Shown piece after piece: positions 14,340 to 25,219 of a stretch of 64,000 nt of DNA. Source of the DNA: Batkoa obscura (taxonomy: Eukaryota). A program made the position numbers and the translations under genes. Within the stretch, counting starts at the first letter, position 1; every line of letters begins with the position of its first letter. The notes under the pieces are model-generated. The model had not been told where the DNA came from and did not search any database. It was given only the letters and a program-made list of their open reading frames with translations. The stretch covers positions 558,001 to 622,000 of the forward strand of contig JASVEC010000015.1 in the NCBI GenBank assembly GCA_030770535.1. The letters are read 5' to 3'.

Positions 14340-15767
14340 CTTGAATAAAGGTTATTGTTTAAATATTAATATAACTATATTTTCTATAAATATTATATAA
14401 TATTACTAATTTATAGTGCAAATTTAATCTACATTATCTAATATCCAACATACTTTTAATTTATTGTCTTTATAAAATAAATACTAAAGATTAAGGTGAA
14501 TAATTTTAATAAAGTAGGATTTGATAAATTATCTTTGATTTCATTAATTAATATCATAGTATAATATATGATCATAATAATAAAAATCTATAAAATATTA
14601 ATTCTAAAATCGATAAAAAACCGTAGTAACTTTATGATTTATCTACTGTCTACTTAGAATAATATTATATCAATTCTAAATTATTGAGAAACTTCTATAT
14701 ATTATAATTTTTTTAAAACATTTTAATAACCTGATTAATTTGTATAACTTGATTTGAATAACTTAAGTTGGTCATTATGGACTCTTGGCATTCTAAGTTA
14801 AAATTTTAGCTGTTATAAGTAATTTTTAAAGTAGCCTAGCTTTTTGGGTTAAGATTAATTTAAAAGTCATTGGTTGCAATAGTAAATATTTTTTATATTT
14901 GAAAATAAGATAAGTTTTAAGTAAAGAAGTTTAAAAGTAACCATTTTATACTCTTACCAGAAAGGATTTGCCTAAAAGAGTTAATTACTTCGTAAATTGT
15001 CTTACAGATTGATTTGAAAAATTTTGATGATTTTTACTAAAAAATTCAAAATTCTTAGTTATGATGTGGAATTTTTTCAATAGTTAAAACCAAAGTACAC
15101 TTTCAATCAAAAAGATGATACTATTATAATTTGATATTCTTACTATTAAATTGAATCTAAAAAAGTAGAGACGCTTTCAGGATTATCGAATATGTTGATT
15201 GTATCAGAAGCTAATTAAATTTGTTGTGGCATTAACATTATCCTAATTTTATACAAATAAAAAAAGCTTTAAATGAAAGATTTTCTTATGTTAAAAGCAC
15301 TGATAATACATTAAAGTTATTGAATTTATAAAATCTATACTCAAGTTTATTTAACACAAGTTAGGTGCCTTTCATATTTATAAGAAAGTAATATCAATAT
15401 TATTCTCAAAAGAGATTGGACATAATATGAGTTATAAACTTCAGTAAAATTTATCTATAAATCAATAAAGTAATTGATATACATATAAATTTAAATAGAT
15501 AAATGAACTTGTATAAAATTCTATAAGGGCATGTGAACATGTTAAAAAAGGTAGTTGGTAACCTGAAGATCCAAATAAATCTAATAAAAAAATAGCTACA
15601 TCACTGATATTGAACTATGCCAAGTGAAGTTGAATTCTAATTAAAAAAATCTAATGGTAAATTGTAATTGGTTAAATAAATACTAAAAAGTAGCATAAAT
15701 AGCTCTAAAAGGAGCATTCAATTTTATCTCATAAAAAACAAAAAATATTTTCAATATTAGACTTACA

Positions 15768-16268
15768 ATGAATAAAGGATTAAGAATTTTTTCAATGTGC
15801 GCTAACATCTTTGTTGGTATAGTATTAGCTATAAGTGTATTTGAAACTAGTAGTTATTATTTAAGTTATGGTCAAGGCATTGTACTATCCATTTTACGTT
15901 ATATATTAGCTCATTTTGTATTGATATCCGAAGTACCATTAGTCAAACCATACTATCTTGAACATTTTAAGTTCTATATGTATCCATTTGGTAGAAGCTT
16001 AATTTACGCCATTCTTTCGATTTTATCATTCGATCTTATCTGGTGTGGCATTGTTAATATTATAGTTATTGGTATTATTGCAATTATCACTTTTATAATC
16101 TCTTTTTGTTATAAAGAAGCTGAGTCTCCATATATGCCTATAAAGGGTGATGATCCAGATGATAGTAATAGTTCACACTCTATTCTTCCTTGTTATCAAC
16201 CTTTATCTACTGCTAATAATTTATCATCCAATGCAAACGAAATAGATATCAAAGTTATATCGAATTAG
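15768..16268 (+). CDS. Small multi-pass membrane protein, COPI-associated/TVP15-like (tandem paralog)
   Basis: 166 aa, colinear with the 13833 ORF over its full length (KGLRIFS, LAHFVL.SE.P, FKFYM.P.GR, DIKV.SN). Confidence 0.6.
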   Translation: MNKGLRIFSMCANIFVGIVLAISVFETSSYYLSYGQGIVLSILRYILAHFVLISEVPLVKPYYLEHFKFYMYPFGRSLIYAILSILSFDLIWCGIVNIIVIGIIAIITFIISFCYKEAESPYMPIKGDDPDDSNSSHSILPCYQPLSTANNLSSNANEIDIKVISN

Positions 16269-16339
16269 CTTGAATAAACATTGTTCTTTAACTATTGCTA
16301 TTGATGGTTAATGTTTTTCTAAAGCATACGATAACCTAT

Positions 16340-16437
16340 GGGGATGTTTTTTTGGCTTCATTGTTTTTTCCATCTTTTAAGCATCATTTGGGTGGAAAAA
16401 TTGCTAGTGAAAATTTTAAACACAAAAATACATCCCC
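16340..16437 (+). mobile_element. MITE family A copy
   Basis: ggggatgt...acatcccc TIRs; ~70 bp after the 16268 stop. Confidence 0.9.
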
Positions 16438-17034
16438 ATATATTACAAACTAGTTTACTTAATTTTTTATATAAAAAAACTTTACCTATTATAAAAATAT
16501 ATTAATATAAAATTAGTAAAACTTTTAGTAACGTGAAGGTATACAATATTAATCTAAATTCAATAAGAAATTTTATAAAATAGTATATAGCTAACATAAC
16601 AAGAAAAGTCGATAAAATAGTAGACTGAAATAATGACCAAATTCTATCTATTTTTATGTTATTCAGTTTTATTATAATGAAAACTTAACAATAGTAAGTT
16701 GTTGTAAATTTGTAAGTTTTTTTATAAAATTTTCTTCCTTTTAATGAAATTATTATTATGTTACCTAACTTCGTGCAGCTATACCAAATAACTTGTATTT
16801 ATTATTATCCACTCTTAGCATCTTAAGTTTCATATGAAATCATATCAATAAATACACTAAAGCTTTAAAAATAATTTTATAAATAGCTGGAAGTGTTATA
16901 AATTTTAGAAAAATAGTCAAAAAATAAAAAATAATAATACAAGTAATTATGAATTAGTTAAGTGTTATTGTTACAGTTTAAATTTATTTATATACATTGG
17001 AATTTTAGCTATTATTTTTAAAAATTTAGGTAAG

Positions 17035-17498
17035 TGTGAAATATCGCTTTGTCAGTCCCATGGCTAATTATAGTATAACAATCGCCTAAGCTGCTGTGTT
17101 CTCGAATTCAGAGAAAATCAATCCCACGTTCTTATTCTGATTTGTTATGAGAATTTCTATCTTCGTCTCAAAGAATATTATCCTCCCGTTTTGATATTTA
17201 TACTTATCGGAGTATAAAAGAGATTCTAAACCATAATAGCTTGAGGCTTTTTAACTGAATTATTCCCTGATATCTCGAACGTTTAATAAAGCCACTAAGT
17301 TTTCTTAATAGTATTTTACATAGATTTTACATTAGTGTTGTCTATTCTATTTGTCTTATATAGCTTGTAACCTATTACATGCTATTCCTCATAACCCAAG
17401 TTTGTCTTAGTCACATAAACTAAGACCTTTGGACTTATAGTGTAGTCAACCCAGCAATATCTGTTCTTGACTCCAAACACTGAGTACCAGATTTCACA
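17035..17498 (+). mobile_element. Solo LTR of an LTR retrotransposon (LTR family 1)
   Basis: TGTGAAAT...ATTTCACA termini, exact 5-bp TSD GTAAG (17030-17034/17499-17503), internal TATAAAA and AATAAA; homologs at 55933, 56950, 57472. Confidence 0.9.
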
Positions 17499-17820
17499 GT
17501 AAGCAAACCACTATAAAAACAAAAAGGTTTGGCTAATTACTGGCAAATTTTTTATAATTACCAACAATTAAGTAAATGTTTAAGTTTTTATTTATTTATT
17601 AAAGTTAATGATTTATTTAAAATGAAAAGTTCAAAGTAAAAAGGATAAAATCAGTATCTTATTTTAAAACTGTAAAAAAGATATTAATTTGAGCTGCATT
17701 TTGAATAATGTCTATATGATAAACTAAAAAAGTTCGCAATAATAACAGAAAAATAAAGAAAACTTGTCTTATTGTTAAAAATAATAACTAATGTAATTAA
17801 ATCTATATCAATTAATATAT

Positions 17821-17917
17821 GGTGATGTTTTTTTGATTTCATTACTTTTCCATTTTTTAAGCGCTATTTGAGTGGAAATATTGTTAGTAAAATTCTTAAA
17901 CACAAAAAAACATCGCC
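17821..17917 (+). mobile_element. MITE family A copy (first of a tandem pair)
   Basis: atat/atat TSD; the right atat is shared with the next copy. Confidence 0.9.
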
Positions 17918-17921
17918 ATAT

Positions 17922-18017
17922 GGGGCTGTTTTTTTAGTTTCATTATTTTTCCATTTTTTAAGCGCTATTTGAGTGGAAAGATTGTAGTAAAATTCTTAAA
18001 TAAAAAAATACATCCCC
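17922..18017 (+). mobile_element. MITE family A copy (second of a tandem pair)
   Basis: ggggctgt...acatcccc; atat/atat TSD. Confidence 0.9.
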
Positions 18018-18229
18018 ATATAATAGTTTTATATTTTATATTTTATGTTATTAAAAAACCAATATTTAAAATAGAATAAATAGAAAAGATAACAAAATAA
18101 GATGTTTACCAAGAATATTAAAATTAAAAACTGTGAAAATATTATTAACTGGTTTATTAGTATTCTTTTTCAATAACATTATTATTTATTTAAATATTCA
18201 ACCAAAGTAAATTGAACTTTAAAGTATAT

Positions 18230-18319
18230 AGGGATGTTTTTTTGGCTTCATTACTCTTTCCACCTTTTAAGTGCTACTTGAGTGGAAAATTGTTAGTAAA
18301 ACTCTTAAAATACATCCCC
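18230..18319 (+). mobile_element. MITE family A copy (in pseudogene)
   Basis: agggatgt...acatcccc with small internal deletion. Confidence 0.85.
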
Positions 18320-18470
18320 GTATTTTAATTGTTGAGCTTACCTATACTAATAACTATTAAAGAGAAAATTGATTGGCTAAAAGATCAAAAATTATATTTA
18401 TAATTAAAAGCTAATAGTAATCATCTCAAAAAAAGTAATAAATAGTTTAATATTAAATAATTCATAATAC

Positions 18471-18568
18471 GAGGATGTATCTTTGTGTTTAAGAATTTTA
18501 CTAACAAATTTTCCACTCAAATAGCGCTTAAAAAACGGAAAAACAATGAAACCAAAAAAAACAGCCCC
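18471..18568 (-). mobile_element. MITE family A copy (in pseudogene coding region)
   Basis: gaggatgt...acagcccc; atac/atat flanks. Confidence 0.9.
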
Positions 18569-19523
18569 ATATAGATTTATGACTCGTTTAGGTACCGAAG
18601 TAATGGTATTGTAAAGCAGTATATAGCAATAAAAATTTATGAAGGATTCAATTCCTTGCTATTAAAAATATTAAAAGCGGATTGTTTTCAATACATTCGA
18701 TTATATTTAAATAGCGGTATTTATACAAATCCTGATGTAACAAGTAAACAAAATATTGATTTATGGAAAGATAACAAATCAAATGTAAAAATAATTTTCA
18801 ATATGAGACACTATCGACCTAATATTAACTATCAATTTCATAGCAATGAGCAATAATAGGTTCTAAAAGTTATCCTATTATATTGTCAGTGATCAATAAG
18901 ACCAAGGATTTGTCTAGTGAAATGTCAAAGAAAGGTCAATGAGCTTATTGTGGTATTATGAATTAGACTAGACTTGGAGTTTGGGCTGATATGGTGATAG
19001 AGTATTTAAATGTTCAAAATAAAAAGGAACTTAATATAATAACATCAGATTTAATAAAAGGCGTCTATATTCCTCCAATTAATAGATTTAGGGCAGATTA
19101 TGGGAGGATCTTATGTAGAATATTTAAGAAAAGTATTATACTTATTTTTACAAGAGAAAAATATAGTTGATATTAAAATGTATAATGACATTGATACTAA
19201 TAGCATATTTCCCAGCAAAAAAAATTATCAATTACTTTAGCTTATCAAATTATAGTATTTATGTATTTATCTCTATTTGAATATCGAATTTAATAGCATT
19301 TTGAATAACTTCTACTCAATTTTATAAAGAGCTTAAAATTCAAAAATATTATTTGCAATATGATTTCAAGAAACTAAATTCTTTATTTTTTATTCAGTCA
19401 TAAATTATTGACTGAATTTATTAAACATTCAGTAAATCATCATCTAACAGAAAACTACAAAAAACCAAAAAATAAAATAAAAAAACCAAAAAGTCTCATA
19501 ATTCCTTTTCTTTCCTATAAACT

Positions 19524-19829
19524 ATGGAAAATTCAATTAATACTAAGTTGGATGGTTGTCGCTATTTTGAAATGATACAATATGAATGTTATAAAAGTAA
19601 TGACCAAATTAAATGTAATCCATTTGCTAGATTATTTAAAAGGTAAATTTAATAATCTATTCTTTATTTTTATTATTTTATACAAACTAAATAAATCAAA
19701 ATTAAAACGAGTTCAAAATTCATTGATATATCTTTATAATATAGATGTCCTAATCAACCTACAAAAGAAATCGATGAAGCCACTGCTATTATGGAATTAA
19801 AAATATTAAAACATAAAGCGTTTACATAA
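19524..19829 (+). CDS. SOM1: Mitochondrial inner-membrane peptidase subunit Som1-like (exons 19524-19642, 19745-19829)
   Basis: Spliced product MENSINTKLDGCRYFEMIQYECYKSNDQIKCNPFARLFKRCPNQPTKEI... matches the Som1 pattern C...E..QYEC......C.PF.RLF..C; GT..AG intron. Confidence 0.75.
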
Positions 19830-20285
19830 AAATGGAAAGATTATGAAAGAGTTAATGAATGAGAATTAAATTATTAATATCAATATTATTAACATAAAGT
19901 TTTAAATAGTTAATAGAAGCGGTTTATTAATTGTTTTATATTGGTTTGTTTCTTTCTTTGATTTTGTTTTATCAATAAAGGTCAACTATTTTTAAAACTA
20001 ATATATGAATTAGGTAATGTTATAATTAACATTGTTTAAATGAAATGGTTTCAAAAGTAAATTTATAAAAAAAATTAAAAAACAAATAAAGAGTAAGATT
20101 CGATTTCTTTACTTAAAGCATAGTTAACAATAAATTATTACTATTATCTTATATAATTAAATAATATTGACAATAATAATTCAAAAATAAAGGCAATCTA
20201 TAAAAGGAAATGGCACCACCAATTAAAAACTAAAGTGAAATTTTACAAAAAAAATTAGTTGAACTTTTAACAAAAAAAACGAATA

Positions 20286-20776
20286 ATGGAAGATTATCGG
20301 AATGAAGATATTGATCTGAGTGAAGCGAATTTTCTTGAATTACAAAAAATAAGTGCTAAATATCGTAAAGATGTCAAATATTCAAGTAGTTATTATGGTA
20401 TTTTATTTCTATTACTGTTTTTATTTTAACTTTTCTAATAATATATTTTATTAAATTTAGATGATCATTATGAATATAGGTAGATAGAATTATAATTCAA
20501 CTTATATTGATAAATTAAATTAGTTTTCCTCAAGGCATGTTACTTTACCTAAAAATATAGCTAAATATTTACCAAAAGAAACATATTTAACTTCATCTAC
20601 TTGGAAACATTTTGGTATTCAACAAAGTTTAAACTGGGAACATTATTTAATTTATGGTAAGATTATAGTATTATAATATACTTTATAATTAGAATCTACT
20701 TTTTGATTATTTATTGAATTAAATTTAAATAGAACGCGAACCTCATATTTTATTATTTCGTAGAGTGTTGAAATGA
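20286..20776 (+). CDS. CKS1: Cyclin-dependent kinase regulatory subunit, divergent (exons 20286-20397, 20461-20479, 20535-20656, 20733-20776)
   Basis: Spliced product ...KYSSSYYDDHYEYRHVTLPK...[29 protein letters not shown]; three in-phase GT..AG introns. Confidence 0.9.
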
Positions 20777-20970
20777 TAAATTATAGAGGATTAGGCTTCT
20801 TTATTATTATTATAATATTAGAGCTATTTTCTATGATCAATTAATGTTTAAATTCTATTTTTAAATAAACCAATAAGACTGCGCCATTAAAACTAAATAT
20901 TTATAAAATTATCATCATTAAACTATTTTGATTTTAATTTTAATTTTATATTTTGTATTTTATATTTATA

Positions 20971-21408
20971 ATGATGAAAAAGAGTAATTTATTAAGTTTA
21001 GCTAAAAAGAAAGGTAGTGGTACTGGAGGAATAAGCTTTAAAGGCTTAGGATTTAAAGAAGAAAAGCTGGATACGAATCCGATAAAAATCGAAATCAAAC
21101 CAATAACTCAATCTCTCACTATTAAACCCATTTCAAAGTCAGAATCCATTCCCACAAATGTCACTAAAGAATCTTCAAAACTTTCGGATCAATCACTGTT
21201 AAACGATTCTAAGCTATCCTCCTTTTTTAATTTAGAGCAAGAAGAAAGCTCACCGATTGAGTCTTTAAATTTCAATCATTTTTATTTAATCCAAGAAGCT
21301 TTAGAAAATAGTTTATATAAAAATCAAATTACTTTATTCAATTTCAATACTAATTCACCCGATGATACAGTACTTCTAGCTCAAGGTAAATCTTGGGATG
21401 ATTTATAA
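20971..21408 (+). CDS. Short Ski7/HBS1L-V3-like exosome-SKI adaptor without a GTPase domain
   Basis: 145 aa from ATG 20971; N-terminal SNLLSLAKKK, central SKLSSFFNL, C-terminal FNFNTNSPDDTVLLAQ resemble the Ski7 motifs. Confidence 0.65.
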   Translation: MMKKSNLLSLAKKKGSGTGGISFKGLGFKEEKLDTNPIKIEIKPITQSLTIKPISKSESIPTNVTKESSKLSDQSLLNDSKLSSFFNLEQEESSPIESLNFNHFYLIQEALENSLYKNQITLFNFNTNSPDDTVLLAQGKSWDDL

Positions 21409-21513
21409 TCTATTATCTGATCCTTTATTCTTTCTTTTTTTCATATTAATAAAGAATAAAAATTAAAAAGATATCTTTTTTATTTAAAAATTTTATAATA
21501 TTACTAAAAAATA

Positions 21514-21595
21514 CGACACCCACAGGATTCGAACCTGCGCTCCCAAAGGGAAAAGCCTTAGCAGGGCTCCGCGTTAACCACTCCGCCAAGGTGCC
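21514..21595 (-). tRNA. tRNA-Ser (anticodon GCT)
   Basis: GGCACCT..GGGTGTC acceptor stem, TGGCGGAGTGG A-box, GAGCC-CTGCTAA-GGCTT anticodon arm, long variable arm, GGTTCGAATCC T-loop; 82 nt. Confidence 0.97.
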
Positions 21596-21895
21596 TCAAA
21601 CCATTTGGCTTATATTTTTATTTATATTGATTTAGCTTAATGAAATCCCCACTATTCTTAAATTTAAACTAATAGCATCCTAATTTTATATTTGATTATT
21701 TAATTATTTAATAACTTTTTTAAATCCCTTTAAAGGTAATACTTTTATTAGTTAATTGAAGCTATTAATTTAATTAGTTAACAAATAAGTATTTGACCAA
21801 CTTCAAATCAAATTCAACTTAATTCCAATTATTTTTCAAGTTCATCAAAAGTTTAAGTTTCTAATTTTTTAATTCATTTTTATCAACCATAAACT

Positions 21896-23128
21896 ATGGA
21901 AACTCAACAATCAAATGAGCAAACAATGGAAAATAACTTGCAATTAACTAATGATTTAGACTCAAATAACAACTTCAATTATTTAACTTTAATGGAACGA
22001 GGGGAAGATAATTTACCAACAATCTTACATGCCTTGAGTTTATCTTCTTTATTATCAAATGATCCCATAGTTGATTCCACCTTAAGTCTACTTACAGTTG
22101 AACAATTGAGTAGTATGGAACGAGTGCTCACTCGAGTGAAGAGAAATAAAAAGAATTCAGAAAAAAAACAAGTATTTAGTATGTCGCCAAATGGACCTTA
22201 TTCCCAAGAAGATATTGAAGAACGAGAAGAAGATAATAAAAATATTAAAGAGATTAATCATTATTTACCAGTGGTTTATATGGATAATAATATCGAATAT
22301 ATGACCTTTGTATATTCTTCAAAAGGTTGTGAACAATCTTATACAATTCGAATTGATATTGATTATCTTGAAACTCAACTGGATCAATTTCCAACCATAT
22401 TTAAAGTAAATAATTGTTTATATCCAAGAGCTTTTTGTAATCGAGAAGAATATAATGGCAATCGATGGGAATATGAGACAATGTGTAATTCAGTTGGATG
22501 GAGATTAGCTCATTTAAATTTAGATTTATTAGATGGTAAAAGAGGTTTATTACAAAGAGCGGTAGATTCATATAGAAATCGATTACCTGGATTACAAAGT
22601 AGAAGGGTAGCTAGGCAAGAAAAAATGTTAAATGGTACATTAAGAAGGAGGACTACACCAGTTACTAATTCAATACAAAAGAGTAAAGAAGGTAATGGAA
22701 ATAGTAGTAATACTGTACTTAATAAAGGTAATGAAGTGGAAGTAGATATTAATAAGATTGCATTAAGTCAAGCACAAAGTATCTTAAAAAGTTTACCAAT
22801 ACCAAACACATTACAAATTAGTTTATATTTTCAAAATACACCACACGAGTTTACAATTCAAATCGACCTTCACAAAGTGGATCTCAATGATATTTCACTT
22901 GATTTTAGGAAACAAAATGCAGTTTACCCAAGGTCTTTACCTGAAAATCAAGGGACTAAAAAAAGAAAAAAGCTACAGTTTGAAGTCCAATGCAATGAAT
23001 GGGGTTGGAAATTAGCCTATTTAAATAAAAATTTATTTAACGGGAATATTTTGTTCTTACAAAGAGCCTTAGATTGCTATAGAGAATTATTTACATTATC
23101 TCCGCCAAGGCCGTATAGACTTAAGTAA
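21896..23128 (+). CDS. Conserved fungal protein of unknown function with an internally duplicated domain
   Basis: 410-aa ORF with two copies of (Y/F)TI.ID...F...N..YPR....(Y/F)E..CN..GW.LA.LN..L..G....LQRA.D.YR. Confidence 0.8.
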   Translation: METQQSNEQTMENNLQLTNDLDSNNNFNYLTLMERGEDNLPTILHALSLSSLLSNDPIVDSTLSLLTVEQLSSMERVLTRVKRNKKNSEKKQVFSMSPNGPYSQEDIEEREEDNKNIKEINHYLPVVYMDNNIEYMTFVYSSKGCEQSYTIRIDIDYLETQLDQFPTIFKVNNCLYPRAFCNREEYNGNRWEYETMCNSVGWRLAHLNLDLLDGKRGLLQRAVDSYRNRLPGLQSRRVARQEKMLNGTLRRRTTPVTNSIQKSKEGNGNSSNTVLNKGNEVEVDINKIALSQAQSILKSLPIPNTLQISLYFQNTPHEFTIQIDLHKVDLNDISLDFRKQNAVYPRSLPENQGTKKRKKLQFEVQCNEWGWKLAYLNKNLFNGNILFLQRALDCYRELFTLSPPRPYRLK

Positions 23129-24040
23129 AAATAGAATAGTATAAAGATGATATGGTGTAAGATGACCTCCCCCCCCAATAATTTGCATTACAAAGTTTGT
23201 TGATTGTATTATTTATAAAGTCATGCTTTTTAAAATAAGATAAGTTAATTTATTTTTTATTATATGTTTATACTTTTATTTTTTAATACATTAGTTAAAT
23301 GGTATATTAACAAAGAATCAATAGTTAGTTTTCTATCTAATTAAACAATATTATAAATTAAACTTTTCTTTTTTTTATTTAATAATAACATATTATTATT
23401 TATTGATCCTTTTTAAAATAATGCATGGGTTTAGATAGTTGATTCTATATTTTAAAAAATATCACAAGTGAGTGTTAAAAAATAACTAACAGTTTACTTT
23501 CGATATTAGCAACTGAAAGGGAGATATCAATTTATCAGTTAATAATAATTTTAGTGTAATTATAGAAACTACTATATTTATTTATTTAAATTTACGTTAA
23601 TAAATTAATAAAATAAAATAAAATTAATATTTTACAACTTAGTAAACGGTATGTATAAATACTAATATTTGTAAAATAGAATTTTATTTAAAACTTTCTG
23701 TTTATATTTGTATTAAATCTTAATAATTCAATAAATAAACCAATAATGTTACCCATGTAAAATATAATACTTACTTATAATATATACAATTCATAAATAA
23801 AGAAGATTATTCAATAATTTTATAGAAGATTCTTTGTTATTATACCAAGCCTTTATTTCAATTGTCTATTTATAAATTATTTTGATTATTAATATCTAAT
23901 AACCAAGTTTTATTGACGCATTAATATTTATAAATAAAATAGCCAAGAAAAAGCGGTTAATTGAAAACAAGATTAGTATGATGATGATTTAATACTAAAA
24001 AAACTTAATATTCATCAATGCTTTAATAAGGCAATAGCAA

Positions 24041-24082
24041 TGTATGTATATATGTATTTACATATGTATGTATATATGTATA
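24041..24082. repeat. Imperfect (TATG/TA)n microsatellite
   Basis: tgtatgtatatatgtatttacatatgtatgtatatatgtata. Confidence 0.6.
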
Positions 24083-24319
24083 TCGTGTATTAATAAGATA
24101 AAAATAAAAATAAAAACAAACAAAAAGGATTAAAGTGCTAATACTTCTTTATTAAAAACTATAAGCAGAGGGAGAATTAGGTGATAAAATTAAGCAATTC
24201 AACTTAATTTTATAATTATGTATAAATTATGTAAAATACGTTATCAAATACCTTTCAAATTAAACAAAAATTAAACGAAAGAGGGGAGTAGATAAAAGAG
24301 AATTAGTTTTGGTATTTGA

Positions 24320-25219
24320 TTAACATCTAAAGTAAAGATAAAACCATCTTTCAATGGAAGAATAAAGCTTACTAGCTTTACTCTTTTTCCAACTACCCCA
24401 AAATAAATGTTGGACTCTTCCTTCATAATAAAAGCTTTCATCACCTGAAGTAAAACCAACTCTTGGTAAGAAATAAATACCATCAATAAGTTTACCTTTT
24501 TCAATATCTAATTCATAAACATCTTCTAAATTAAGATGTTCTAAGATAGCATCCGACCAAATACCAGGACCAGTCCAATCAAGGATATCGCAGTTATTCC
24601 AGCTTGTTTGATTTAACATCTTAGGTGTTATTTCTTTAATCTTATTAATTACTGACCATAAAATAGGATGTCCTTTACGACTAGCCATTGTCCATTGAAT
24701 AAATTGAATATCTCTAGCGAAACCTTCATCTCTACAGTAATAACCTACTTCAGGATCAAATTGTTCTATCGAAACAATCATATCAACGTTAGCAATACCA
24801 TCGGTCCAATTATCGATAGATCTTAAGCAAAGGGTATCAGTATCACTATAAACACCACCTTTTAAGTATAATATAATATATCGAAAATAATCCGCTTTTA
24901 AAACAGGTACAGGTAAAGATTGGAAAGCTTCATAGATATCAGCAGGCATATATTCTTTAACTATGGCATCAATTTCAGCATCATTATAAATTTTATATTC
25001 ATAAGTTGGGTTCTTTTCCGTCCACATCTTGATCACTTTAGGATATACATGGTCAATGGATTTAGCTGTCATATGGATATAACTTGGTATAGTTTCATAT
25101 TCGACGGTAGGATATTCTTGTTCATATACATGACAAAGTCGATTGGAATTGGAGGCGTAGATTGAGATCAAGGTAATAGTTAGTACTAAAAATACGATTA
25201 CCCTTTTAAAATATCTCAT
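24320..25219 (-). CDS. Glycosyltransferase family 32, Och1/Hoc1-like mannosyltransferase (intronless)
   Basis: N-terminal signal-anchor; IP..IHMT, ADYFRYIILYLKGGVYSDTD, QFIQWTMA, DWTGPGIWSD, HLFWGSWK. Confidence 0.92.
   Translation of the reverse strand: MRYFKRVIVFLVLTITLISIYASNSNRLCHVYEQEYPTVEYETIPSYIHMTAKSIDHVYPKVIKMWTEKNPTYEYKIYNDAEIDAIVKEYMPADIYEAFQSLPVPVLKADYFRYIILYLKGGVYSDTDTLCLRSIDNWTDGIANVDMIVSIEQFDPEVGYYCRDEGFARDIQFIQWTMASRKGHPILWSVINKIKEITPKMLNQTSWNNCDILDWTGPGIWSDAILEHLNLEDVYELDIEKGKLIDGIYFLPRVGFTSGDESFYYEGRVQHLFWGSWKKSKASKLYSSIERWFYLYFRC

Larger units (their letters stand above)
18102..19170 (+). pseudogene. GT32/Och1-like pseudogene interrupted by two MITEs
   Basis: Remnants KILKADCFQYIRLYLNSGIYTNPD, GSKSYPIILSVINK, IMN*TRLGVWAD..EYLNV with stops and a deletion; the 5' part resembles exon 1 of the 32866 copy; boundaries approximate. 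Confidence 0.85.
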
